DNA of 63,790 nt, counting the filler, from Octopus bimaculoides (taxonomy: Eukaryota), in NCBI RefSeq assembly GCF_001194135.2. It is 8 parts of 8 records of this genome, joined end to end, with 100 filler letters (N's around TTAATTAATTAA, not from the genome) between each part and the next. Parts side by side here need not be neighbours in the genome. Positions count along the whole stretch, not along the records: positions 1 to 25,305 come from NC_068999.1; 7 more parts are not named here. The stretch is one strand, 5' to 3'. The notes under the pieces are model-generated. The model had not been told where the DNA came from, searched no databases, and worked only from the letters and a program-made list of their open reading frames with translations. Position 1 is the stretch's first letter, and each line of letters opens with the position of its first letter. The position numbers and the translations under genes were made by a program. Shown here one piece after another: positions 1-11,869 of this stretch.

Positions 1-56
<56 letters not shown>
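1..56. repeat. (TA)n-(GA)n compound microsatellite
   Basis: Read directly. It is representative of dozens of TA/CA/GA/TATG tracts in the window. Confidence 0.95.
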
Positions 57-59
<3 letters not shown>

Positions 60-2062
60 TATTATGCAATGTATTGTATGTATACATGTGTGTGCGTAAT
101 ACAGTCGACTTAATTGTACAGGACAACACCGTCTATCATATGTGAAATACCATGATTGAGTGAGTCTCTGTAAAGTTAGGTAGATACCAAGTAAAAGAAT
201 GTCAGTTCCTCTTTGGTTGTTCATTTAAAACTAGTTTAGCATATGAATGTCTGCGAATCATTGCATTCGTGATTGGAAGCAGACATAATCACTGGCGATT
301 GAAATATACAGAATCAGTTCTGTGGAATATCGATCATGTATCTATAGCTTATATTTATGTATAGATATATTGGCGGTTTACTAAAATGGCAACATTTACA
401 ACCGTGTTATATATGTTGGTAGACATAGTTTTCTTTCGAAACTCTCGTTAAACTTCGACTTTTGTATAGACATTCTGCTTTTACATATGTTACAGATATT
501 CGATATTGCACTACGGCCCAGCTGGGGCTCCAGCTTGAAAGGATTTAGTTGGCAGTATAGGGCTAGCCACCACACGTGGTATTGTCGTTATTTTATCGTT
601 GTAGTTAAATATGAAATGCAAAATAAAATGAACATTAGATTTGCTTCAGTTGAACATGACGACAGAAGTCAGTTTCTGTTTGAATCTACTAATTCTCAAA
701 CAGGTGAACACAGAATTTACACATCCATACACCAACACTCTCACATACGTATAAAAAGACAGTTGCACATATGAATCTATTCACACGTATTCCAATATAC
801 AAATACATTTGTGGGGAGTGCGTGTATGTATGTACGTATCTATAAGAAACATATAAAGCCAATAGACTTTATGCAAGAATCCAATTTTAATTCGTTTCGA
901 CGGAATATTTGATACATACATACATACATGTTCCCTTTTAAAAAATTTAAATTTTTGAAATCTTTATGAAAAAAACAAGCTACTTTCTGGCAAAGATACA
1001 AAGTCCCATAGTTGTTATGTAGATAAAAAAAAAAACAGTGTTGCGTTTTGAACTTGAGAAATATCTTGAATGCTTTTACTGCTCCGCTAACAGAATGTAT
1101 ATGCAATGTGTAATTTAGATAGTCGATTTTCTTTTACTCAGAACACTAGCTCTTCCAGATTACCACATACGCATTTATTCACAAAATCAAGTGAACCAAT
1201 TGTTTTGGTATAAATGAGAATATATAATCTAAGTAGAGATGAAATAAATTGCGAAGCAGTTGTGCATAGCTATCCTCTTGCTCTTTGATTTTCGAAGAGA
1301 TGTTCACATTAGTTGTGCAACTGACTTCTATGACGGTACATACATTTTCTTGTGCGTCACAAGCATCAATATCCGACTTGTTATCTTTGCATGTGATAGA
1401 AAATATGAGGGGAATATTCCACTAATATTTCTCGTGCTGAGGTTTATGCATGTATTCAATAACAGAGGTGTTCTCAATATTTACCCCAGGGCAGTCTTGT
1501 TTTTTTTTGTTTTTTGTTTTTTTTTTATTTAGGACAACATTCTATATTGTTTTAACAACGTCAGGTCGCAATGGGAGGGAATACCTTCATGATATTTTGG
1601 GGCAGGTGTTGATCACGTGTCTTCCAGAGAAACGTGACAAAATCGATATTTTCTGCTGCACTTTTGGGTTCCAAGGATTACACTATTTCTTTAGTTTATT
1701 AGATATTTGCAACAATCTCATGCCTTTGGAAGTGCGTTTGTGTGTGTGTGTATTGAAAGACACCCGTCATATATATGTATGTATATATATATATATATAT
1801 ATATNNNNNNNNNNATATATGGATACAGAACATCAAAAAAACGTTAAACACAATGAGAAACGAAAACATAGAAAACGAACTTTTTTTCGAACCAAAAAGA
1901 CAAACAGAGAAATGAGACATACAACATAAAGAATATACCCCTTCTTCAGTGGTCCCTGTTTCATCTACTCCGCGTTTCGAAGGTAAGGACGATATGCGAC
2001 TTCGTTGAAACAGGCGTTCCCGCAAAGCAACTTAAATAAGATTTGGGATTTTTTGCGGAGGG

Positions 2063-2161
2063 TGAAAGTGTTAACAAGAACAGGACAGTGAGAACAAGAC
2101 AGCCCTCACAGTGTGTTTTTACTGTCTTGTTCTCACTGACCTGTTCTTGTTAACACTTTCA
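2063..2161. repeat. 40-bp inverted repeat hairpin
   Basis: Arms 2063-2102 and 2122-2161 are reverse complements with 1 mismatch and a 19-nt loop. Confidence 0.9.
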
Positions 2162-2689
2162 TGATTACCCGTCTAATAATAGTACACTGTTTAATAATAG
2201 TACGACCATATGTGCCCGACATGGTGACCTCTTATCAAGTTAAACAGCGCATGACCTTGCAGGTGGGATCCTTTTAGAATGTTCTTCAGGTCAAGTAGAC
2301 CATCCAGCTCAAAAGGTCCCTGAGTGAGGGTTGCTTAAGGATGGTGAACTAAACACCCATGTTTTCAGAGCTTAATTATTCAAATCCCAAAGAATTCCTC
2401 TCAACACATGGTTATGATGCTCCCCCACTACTCCTGCTTGTGATCAGAAATGCACATATCGTCAGCCATTATGGGACATGTTCAAGCAATCAAGGTCAAG
2501 CAACTGACAAGCAAACGTGTGGCATTGAGTAGAATATTTACTGTAGCCCGTCTTTTCCACCAAGACAAAACATGAGCATGATAATACTTCCAATCAGTTA
2601 AGATCAGAAGCCATAAGAACCGCTGCATCAGCGTATTTTGGTATTGACGAGAATGTTTGCTGTAGTATTGACTAGAATATTTTATCAAT

Positions 2690-2721
2690 AACATTATTAT
2701 TATTATTATTATTATTATTTT

Positions 2722-2791
<70 letters not shown>

Positions 2792-2808
2792 TGTTGTTGT
2801 TGTAGTAG
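2690..2808. repeat. (ATT)n-(TAG)n-(TTG)n trinucleotide microsatellite
   Basis: Read directly. It explains the poly-T/poly-N ORF at 2672-2869. Confidence 0.95.
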
Positions 2809-3276
2809 TTTGAAGAGTTTGGGGGAGGCGGTTTGATTGATTCAAACTTTCAAGGCGGTGCCCCAGCATGGCCGCAGTCCAATAACTAAAACAAGTAAAA
2901 TATACGTATTATAAGATATATGCATACATATATATAGGAATGCGCATATACGCATATATGTGTGCATATGAATGCATGCATGTATATATGTATGTATGTT
3001 TGTATGTAAGTATGTATATATACACATATACACACACACACATACACACACATATATATATACATACATATAAATGTATGTGCATTTTTCGGTGTTTACA
3101 AATAACACGAAAAAATTAATAAATATTTACCAGGATAGCAAAAATTGACGCAAGTACCAAGGATGTAACAGCCTACTTATAAAGGTAGAAACTCCCGGTT
3201 TAGATGAAATGTTTTTTGAATAATATAAATACATAAATAAATGGAGTTAAACACAGGTGTTATTTAAATCGTTTTA

Positions 3277-3364
3277 CTCCTGACATATGTTTCGAAGAAA
3301 ACATTGATATTATTCCAGAAGGAATAAGATGGAGTAAAACGATGCAATCTTCTCATCAGGGAAA
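3277..3364 (-). ncRNA. Type-I hammerhead ribozyme-like motif (Penelope-type, palindromic stem III)
   Basis: The minus strand reads UUUCC-CUGAUGA-GAAGA-[49 nt]-UCUUC-GAAA-CAUAUG-UC|AGGAG. The core is canonical, stem II has 5 bp, and the cleavage triplet is GUC. The first stem I pair is a C-A mismatch, followed by 4 pairs (2 of them GU). Confidence 0.65.
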
Positions 3365-3616
3365 GAAACCAAACACATTAATAAGACATCTTAACAGAAT
3401 GTGATGACTGCGTATATGATGAAGGGAACGCTAGAAAGTTTAAAGGCATAGAGGTAGATATATTTAGTGGAAGTGAAATACAAGAAGACAGTCAAAGGTC
3501 GAATTGTATTGACTGTCGGAAGTAAAAAGATTTTATATATGTATATATATATATACAGATGCACAGATACAGCTACACAAAAGGCAGTTCGATTCTACAA
3601 AATATACTGACATTCT

Positions 3617-3844
3617 AAGGCGGTGAGCTGGCAGAAACGTTAGCACGCCGGACGAAATGCTTCCCGGTATTTCGTCTGTCTTTACGTTCTGTGTTCAAAT
3701 TCAGCCGCAGCCGACCTTGCCTTTCATCCTTTCGGGCTCGATAAATTAAGCACCAGTTGCGTATTAAAGTCGATCTAATCGACTGGCAACCCACCGCCAC
3801 CCTCCAAAATTTCGGGCCGTGTGCCTAGAGCAGAAAACAATATT
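3617..3844 (+). mobile_element. SINE family B (tRNA-like A/B boxes), full copy with 13-bp TSD
   Basis: A-box TGGCAGAAACG and B-box GTTCAAATTC are present. TACTGACATTCTA is duplicated at 3605-3617 and 3845-3857. About 10 related copies occur in the window. Confidence 0.85.
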
Positions 3845-4455
3845 TACTGACATTCTATTTGGAACGAAAACATTGTTTTATTTTGGTGTAGGCATGACCA
3901 CATTTAACAAAATCATCCCGTAAGCAAATGTGTGTGCGGGGGTGAGTGGGGGGAGCGGTGTGCGTGCGTGCGTGCGTGCGTGCGTGTGTGTATGTGTGTG
4001 TGTATGCGTGTATGCGTGTATGTGCGCTCGTAGCAACACATTTCGAATCATATTCATACTCCATCATACATCATTTTGTTACACGATAGCCTTCTGTATG
4101 TCAGAGCATGTTTTTGATGTAGGCTGTATATGTGGCGTATGTATGCGTGTATTTATGTATGTATGCGTGTATATATGTATAAATATATATATAAATTTAT
4201 ATATATATANNNNNNNNNNNNNNNNNNNNNNNNNNNNNNNNNNNNNNNNNNNNNNNNNNNNNNNNNNNNNNNNNNNNNNNNNNNNNNNNNNNNNNNNNNN
4301 NNNNNNNNNNNNNNNNNNNNNNNNNNNNNNNNNNNNNNNNNNNNNNNNNNNNNNNNNNNNNNNNNNNNNNNNNNNNNNNNNNNNNNNNNNNNNNNNNNNN
4401 NGTATGTACATATGTATATATATGTATATATATTTATATATATATATGCACATAC

Positions 4456-4486
<31 letters not shown>

Positions 4487-4569
4487 GAATATATTTACAT
4501 ATATACGTACATATATATGTGTGTGTATGTATGTATGCATGCATGTATGTATGTGAATATATAGCTAGC

Positions 4570-4586
4570 TAGCTAGCTAGATAGAT

Positions 4587-4662
<76 letters not shown>

Positions 4663-4686
4663 GGATAGATAGATAGATAGATAGAT
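4570..4686. repeat. (GATA)n tetranucleotide microsatellite
   Basis: Read directly. Confidence 0.95.
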
Positions 4687-5468
4687 AATGTTTGCATATG
4701 TGTATGTGTGAGTGTGGGTGAATGTGTTCGCTTGCATGTGTGTAAATATATATATATGTGCATGTTTGCTTGTGTGTGTATAGAAAGAACATACAAGGCA
4801 ATGTACGCGGCAGTTACCTTTGATCCTAAATTAGTTGGCCGATGGAAAGATGCAAGTAATAGTGTTAATAACAACAAGCGTTGTTCTATCCTATTTATCT
4901 ATTTATTCACCTGTCCGTCTGTCTATCCACATATCTTTATATTTACCGACTTATCTATCTACCTGTTTATCTATATGTTTATCTGCTTTACAGTTTTTCT
5001 TGTATTTAATGTAAAGCTTGCTCCTGCTGTTACTTTTTGTGGTTGTTCATGTTTTGTCAGTTGAATAGCAATATCGCATTGTCATTAATATTCATTGCTT
5101 CTGAAATAGGAATTCTTATAAGTATCACGTCAAAGTCAGAAGGTCACGGTATATATANNNNNNNNNNNNNNNNNNNNNNNNNNNNNNNNNNNNNNNNNNN
5201 NNNNNNNNNNNNNNNNNNNNNNNNNNNNNNNNNNNNNNNNNNNNNNNNNNNNNNNNNNNNNNNNNNNNNNNNNNNNNNNNNNNNNNNNNNNNNNNNNNNN
5301 NNNNNNNNNNNNNNNNNNNNNNNNNNNNNNNNNNNNNNNNNNNNNNNNNNNNNNNNNNNNNNNNNNNNNNNNNNNNNNNNNNNNNNNNNNNNNNNNNNNN
5401 NNNNNNNNNNNNNNNNNNNNNNNNNNNNNNNNNNNNNNNNNNNNNNNNNNNNNNNNNNNNNNNNNNNN

Positions 5469-5506
<38 letters not shown>

Positions 5507-5974
5507 TATGCATGTGTGTAATTATACATATATATATATATATATGTATGTATATTTACGTATACATATATGTAGGTATATGCTAAGCTATAAAAAGATT
5601 AAGATAACAGTAAATTACTTATATTTACTCTATGGGTGTACAAGGCACGCACGGAAACGCAGACACACACGCACTCGCACATTCAAACATACACACACGT
5701 TTGTACAGAAACACACACACCCACACATATGCAAATGTCTACGTACCTGTTTTTTTATGTATCTATGTGCATGTCTAATTTTAGGTAACATCTTTTCTTA
5801 TGGAAGCCTTTAAAGCAAGACTGTTAAGTATGATTTTTTTTTCTTTCCGTTGAGGAGATTTCTTATTTACTCATTAGTACTTTATGTTTAGTCTAGAACA
5901 TAAACGTTTCTTAATTTATTAATTTCACTTTTCCACACTCACAAGATTTATTTTTGAAATGTTCAGATGAAAAA

Positions 5975-6180
5975 AGGCGTCGAGGTGGCAGAATCACTAA
6001 CACACTGGACAAAATGCTTAGTGGCGTTTCTTCTGCCTTCACGTTCTGAGTTCAAATGTCGAGTTTGCCTTCTATCCTTTCGGTGTCAGTAAAATAAGTA
6101 CCAGTTGAGTACTGAGGTAGGTGTAATTGACTTTCTCCCGCGCTTAATCATGCTGGCCTTGTGACAAAATTTAAAACTAA
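5975..6180 (+). mobile_element. SINE family B, degraded copy
   Basis: Collinear with 3617-3844. Confidence 0.75.
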
Positions 6181-6464
6181 TGTATTCAGATGAAATAGCC
6201 TACTGTCGGCGTTTTCTGAACGAATGATAGTGAGTTTAACTTTTTTTTCACCAACTTTTCCTCTTCTGAAAATCGAATACAGAAACTGGAGCATTGCTGT
6301 GTAGACATCTGCAATTCGAACATGCTAAACTTTTCCACTTGTCTCAGTGATGTTTCACTAATATGCGGCATGCGCAAGAAAGACTATCTTGAAAGGACCA
6401 ACGTCTCAGTATTCACAACATTAATTTTCATACCTGCATGGCAGCAGAATATACTTTTATGATT

Positions 6465-6905
6465 CATGGTTTCAAATTTTGGCACACAACAAGCAGGTTG
6501 TGAGGATAGGAATAAGTTGATTACAGTAATCCGTCGCCATATCGCAGTTTATCTCTCGCGCAATCAGTACATCACGGTTCACCTATCGTGCACTGTGTAC
6601 ATCGCGGATGTTTCTGGATATTCTATGTAAATTTATATCGCATACTCTTCCGTATATCGCGAGTTTCTGCGGCCTATAGGTATTTATATTTTTTTAGATT
6701 TTAATTATTTCTGTGGGAGGTTTGGGAACGTAACATCCGTGATAGTCGAGGGGTTGCTGTACATCGAAACCTAGTACTTGATTGGTACTTATTTTATCGA
6801 ACCCGAAAGGATGAGAGGCAAAATCGACCCCGACGGAATTTGAACGCAGGACGAAATGCCACTAAGTATTGTGTCACAGCATGCTAACGTTTCTGCCAGT
6901 TCCGC
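6465..6905 (-). mobile_element. SINE family B copy interrupted by a MITE
   Basis: Reverse-complement match to family B on both sides of 6524-6759. Removing the insert and one TA restores GTTGATTACATCGA. Confidence 0.7.
6524..6759. mobile_element. Tc1/pogo-type MITE with TA target duplication
   Basis: Degenerate TIRs CAGTAATCCGTCGCCATATC and revcomp CAGCAACCCCTCGACTATC. TA lies at 6522-6523 and 6760-6761. Confidence 0.7.
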
Positions 6906-7241
6906 GTGTTGAATGTTATGTTTTAAAATATACAACGGTCAATTCTTGTAGATTTCACAGTAACAGGATATATATTGTACGAGAGATATAGTACTTTACG
7001 ATTAGTAAAACGTATATATAATTAGTCCCATTTTGTGCCGTATACCTGTTCGCGTGTAAGATTTTTTATTTAAGAAATCGCTACATAACCACGTTTCCCC
7101 TGCTTCGATCCCATTTCGCCGTCCATTGAGTAAGCGATTTTTATTATACGTGGGTTTACAAACGTCAGATGAGTGTGATTTGATGGGTGGAAATTATGCA
7201 GGAAAGGGTTTATTATGTGTGTGACTACATACAATATCCAT

Positions 7242-7627
7242 GTGGAGGGGCAATGACCCAGTGGTCAGGGCAGCGGATTTGCAGTCGTAGAATCGCAGTT
7301 TCGATTCCCAGACCGGGCGTTGTGAGTGTTTATTGAGCGAAACACCTAAAGCTCCACGTGGCTCCAGCAGTGGAGGGGTGAACCCTGCTGTACTCTTTCA
7401 CCACAACTTTCTCTCACTCTTTCTTCCCGTTTCTGTTGTACCTGTATTTCAAAGGGCCAGCCTTATCACACTCTATGTCACGCTGAATCTTCACGAGAAC
7501 TATGTTAAGGGTACACGTGTCTGTGGAGTGCTCAGCCACTTGCACGTTAATTTCACGAGCAGGTTGTTCCGTTGATCGGATCAACTGGAACCCTCGCTGT
7601 TGTCGTAACCGACGGAGTGCCACGACG
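7242..7627 (+). mobile_element. SINE family C (tRNA-derived head), full length
   Basis: A box TGACCCAGTGG and B box GTTTCGATTCC are present. It is highly similar to the reverse complement of 34699-35068. ACAATATC flanks both sides (7231-7238, 7628-7635). Confidence 0.85.
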
Positions 7628-7825
7628 ACAATATCGTATCATGCACATCTCTGTAACATTGTCAGTCATAACGAAACAGACGTCGATAAATTCATTACCA
7701 ACATAAAATAAATACTTGAATTAATAACACCCTTAAATGTGGCCTCATAGTAAGCTCCCAATCCCGTATGATTGAGACTTTAAAAACGTAAATACGAAAG
7801 GACGAAAATATAGACGTGTGCGAGC

Positions 7826-7872
<47 letters not shown>

Positions 7873-8437
7873 CCATACTTATAATGAAGCATACGCACAT
7901 GTATGTATGTATTGTGTATGTAGTAAGGGGAGGGACAAGCTGCAAATAATCTATTAGAATATAAACAGATTTTAATAGATCTTACTTATGGAGGGAGACA
8001 TACGGATGTTGTGAATAGAAAGACTTCTATAAACTCATTTATGAATACATACATATGTACGTGTATATTAATGTGTGTGTGTGTGTATGTATGTATGTGT
8101 GTGTGTATGTGTCTGTGTGTGAGCGCATGCGTACGTGCGTTTGTGCACTTGCAATGTAGTCTGAGACCTCATCAGACGAAAAAGCCGTTAGCAATATTTC
8201 TTGAGTGTCTCTACAAACTATGGCTGTATTTGCTTTTTAATGTTTTTACTGCTGGATTTTGTTTTTATCTTTTATTTATTATTTCATTGTTACTTTTCAT
8301 CTGATATATCTTCGTATTAATATTCCGACATAATAAAATGTTGGTAGATTTGAAGAAACTATGGTTTGCCCCTTCATTTTTCTAACAACCTCTGCTACGT
8401 AGCCTTCTCTAAAAAGCCACCCTCACAACCGTCCCTA

Positions 8438-8581
8438 GATCTTCTTCGTAGCAATACCATCTATAACTGTAGGTTATGGAACAATCTAGATAACACATCA
8501 AAATTAGAACGAAATGTATTGATGGATTTCTATAAGGAATGTGAAAGGTATGTGCCTGTGAGGTTTGCTACGAAGAAGATT
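8438..8581. mobile_element. Small MITE-like element, 16-bp perfect terminal inverted repeats
   Basis: ATCTTCTTCGTAGCAA (8439-8454) and TTGCTACGAAGAAGAT (8565-8580), flanked by TA one base outside each arm. Confidence 0.55.
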
Positions 8582-8599
8582 TACAAGTTTCAAATTTTG

Positions 8600-8800
8600 G
8601 TATAGGCCAGCTTTTTGTGGGGGGGGGGCAGGTCGATTACATCGACCCAATTGTTCAACTGGTACCTATTTTATGAACACCGAAATGATGAAAGGAAATG
8701 TCAACCACGGTGGAATTTGAACTCAGAACGTACAGACAGACGAAATGCTGCTTATCGTTTTTTCCAGCATGCTAACGATTCTACTAGCTCGCCACCTTAC
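8600..8800 (-). mobile_element. SINE family B copy
   Basis: Reverse-complement match to 3617-3844. Confidence 0.75.
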
Positions 8801-9378
8801 TTTAAATATGAGATATTGATAATGTCTTTATTATTCTACTGCATAATTCGAATGCATTTTAAGTACTTTCAAATTTACCAGCAGTTTCTAATTCACACTG
8901 TTTTATATATGAATACTTAAATATTTAATCACACATCCGTCGTTAAATAATTAATGTACACCACAGTCTCGCCATTACAATTAATTTCTACTCTGTATTG
9001 TTGGATTTAAATAATGATCTGATATTCCCCTCTGTGGCTAGAAGAATGAGACGGGTATTTGTAACGAAACGCTATAGTCAACAAGCCAGCAAAAAGTGAC
9101 AGGAAACTCACCTTTGTTTTATGCTTGCAAAAAGAATAACAAAGTGCATTTACATCAGGCAGTGTTTAACTATAATTTCACTGATTTGAATATTGTCTTA
9201 AATTTCATACGCATGCATAAGTGTGTACGTGTGTGTGCGTGCGTGTGTTTCTTTAATTTTTTTTATTTATTTATTCGTTCGACCAATCTGTCTTTCGATC
9301 AATTCGATTGGTTCGTCTTTAGACGTTATATATCATTCCTCCATTTCGTTTTCAAAACAGTTTTTATAAATTTGCCGT

Positions 9379-9416
<38 letters not shown>

Positions 9417-10670
9417 NNNNNNNNNNNNNNNNNNNNNNNNNNNNNNNNNNNNNNNNNNNNNNNNNNNNNNNNNNNNNNNNNNNNNNNNNNNNNNNNNNNN
9501 NNNNNNNNNNNNNNNNNNNNNNNNNNNNNNNNNNNNNNNNNNNNNNNNNNNNNNNNNNNNNNNNNNNNNNNNNNNNNNNNNNNNNNNNNNNNNNNNNNNN
9601 NNNNNNNNNNNNNNNNNNNNNNNNNNNNNNNNNNNNNNNNNNNNNNNNNNNNNNNNNNNNNNNNNNNNNNNNNNNNNNNNNNNNNNNNNNNNNNNNNNNN
9701 NNNNNNNNNNNNNNNNNNNNNNNNNNNNNNNNNNNNNNNNNNNNNNNNNNNNNNNNNNNNNNNNNNNNNNNNNNNNNNNNNNNNNNNNNNNNNNNNNNNN
9801 NNNNNNNNNNNNNNNNNNNNNNNNNNNNNNNNNNNNNNNNNNNNNNNNNNNNNNNNNNNNNNNNNNNNNNNNNNNNNNNNNNNNNNNNNNNNNNNNNNNN
9901 NNNNNNNNNNNNNNNNNNNNNNNNNNNNNNNNNNNNNNNNNNNNNNNNNNNNNNNNNNNNNNNNNNNNNNNNNNNNNNNNNNNNNNNNNNNNNNNNNNNN
10001 NNNNNNNNNNNNNNNNNNNNNNNNNNNNNNNNNNNNNNNNNNNNNNNNNNNNNNNNNNNNNNNNNNNNNNNNNNNNNNNNNNNNNNNNNNNNNNNNNNNN
10101 NNNNNNNNNNNNNNNNNNNNNNNNNNNNNNNNNNNNNNNNNNNNNNNNNNNNNNNNNNNNNNNNNNNNNNNNNNNNNNNNNNNNNNNNNNNNNNNNNNNN
10201 NNNNNNNNGAACACAGGAGAAAACGTAGGAAAACATTATTCTTGAATATGGTAGAAAATCTTTCAATTCTCGGCATGGTTCCAAATAATTTCTTCCGTGA
10301 AACCGACGTAGAAGTTTAAAGAGAAAATAAATGTCTCCGTAAATCAATTCTTTAACCGTATGTGCCAATCTAAATTATTGGTAGTAAATTTCGGATTAAT
10401 CAGCTATGAAGTAGAACAAGCACTAATGTACTATGTCAGCAAACTGGAAGTCGAAGCTGCTTCTCTGGGGACCGGCTATATAATTTGGCAAATATGGCTA
10501 CTACTTCGCTTCGGTTCGCTCTCAAAGCAAATAGCGATGAAAAAGTAAACAAAGCACTACCGATGATTTCCAACAACGTTCCTTCTTCTATTCTACAACT
10601 CCCACGGCTACTCTTCCTCTTACTCCAATTCCTATACGTCCAACATATCCCGCAACGTCCACCTCATCCA

Positions 10671-10727
<57 letters not shown>

Positions 10728-10959
10728 TCTCTCTCTCTCACCCCCTATCCCTATCCTGCACTTCCTCTCCATTCACACTTTTCTTTTAAATTTCCCTTTC
10801 TTCTCTACCGCCATCAACTGGAATTGACTTGGCACAGAAGCATTCTAAATGAATCAATCAGAAAGACGCTTACACACATATAAACATATATACATATATA
10901 CATACATACATACATACATGCATGCATGCATACGTACAAACAGACATACATACATAAAT

Positions 10960-11007
<48 letters not shown>

Positions 11008-11183
11008 GCATTGAAACCAACACTGTTGGAGTTGATGCGTCTCTTCCTATATATATATACATATATATACATAATAACTGAGTGGGAGTGCATATATACA
11101 TATATGTATGACTAGATATATATATATGTATATATTTATACATACATAAATATATATACATATTTATGTATATATGTATATGA

Positions 11184-11231
<48 letters not shown>

Positions 11232-11869
11232 NNNNNNNNNNNNNNNNNNNNNNNNNNNNNNNNNNNNNNNNNNNNNNNNNNNNNNNNNNNNNNNNNNNNN
11301 NNNNNNNNNNNNNNNNNNNNNNNNNNNNNNNNNNNNNNNNNNNNNNNNNNNNNNNNNNNNNNNNNNNNNNNNNNNNNNNNNNNNNNNNNNNNNNNNNNNN
11401 NNNNNNNNNNNNNNNNNNNNNNNNNNNNNNNNNNNNNNNNNNNNNNNNNNNNNNNNNNNNNNNNNNNNNNNNNNNNNNNNNNNNNNNNNNNNNNNNNNNN
11501 NNNNNNNNNNNNNNNNNNNNNNNNNNNNNNNNNNNNNNNNNNNNNNNNNNNNNNNNNNNNNNNNNNNNNNNNNNNNNNNNNNNNNNNNNNNNNNNNNNNN
11601 NNNNNNNNNNNNNNNNNNNNNNNNNNNNNNNNNNNNNNNNNNNNNNNNNNNNNNNNNNNNNNNNNNNNNNNNNNNNNNNNNNNTATATGTATATAATATA
11701 TTCTTTCGTGTGTTTACACGTATCTGTCTACTGTGAAAAATTTTATCCATCACGAAATACAATGAATGACTTTTGTACAGGTTCGAATATGGCTCAAGCG
11801 TATTTGAACTGATAAAAAGTTTATTTTTAAAAACATACATACATAGGAAGTCTGAAGTATATCTCTCAG

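Noticed and set aside
1955-2005. GAAACGCG next to a GAAG/CUUC stem enclosed by a 9-bp inverted repeat
   Set aside because: The CUGANGA core is absent, so it is at most an unrecognisable relic.
7242-7320. tRNA-like sequences with A and B boxes here and in other repeats
   Set aside because: They are heads of multi-copy SINEs followed by SINE bodies, with no complete cloverleaf.
8150-8180. Minus-strand CUGAUGA followed by a small GUC/GAC stem
   Set aside because: No GAAA core or stem III follows.
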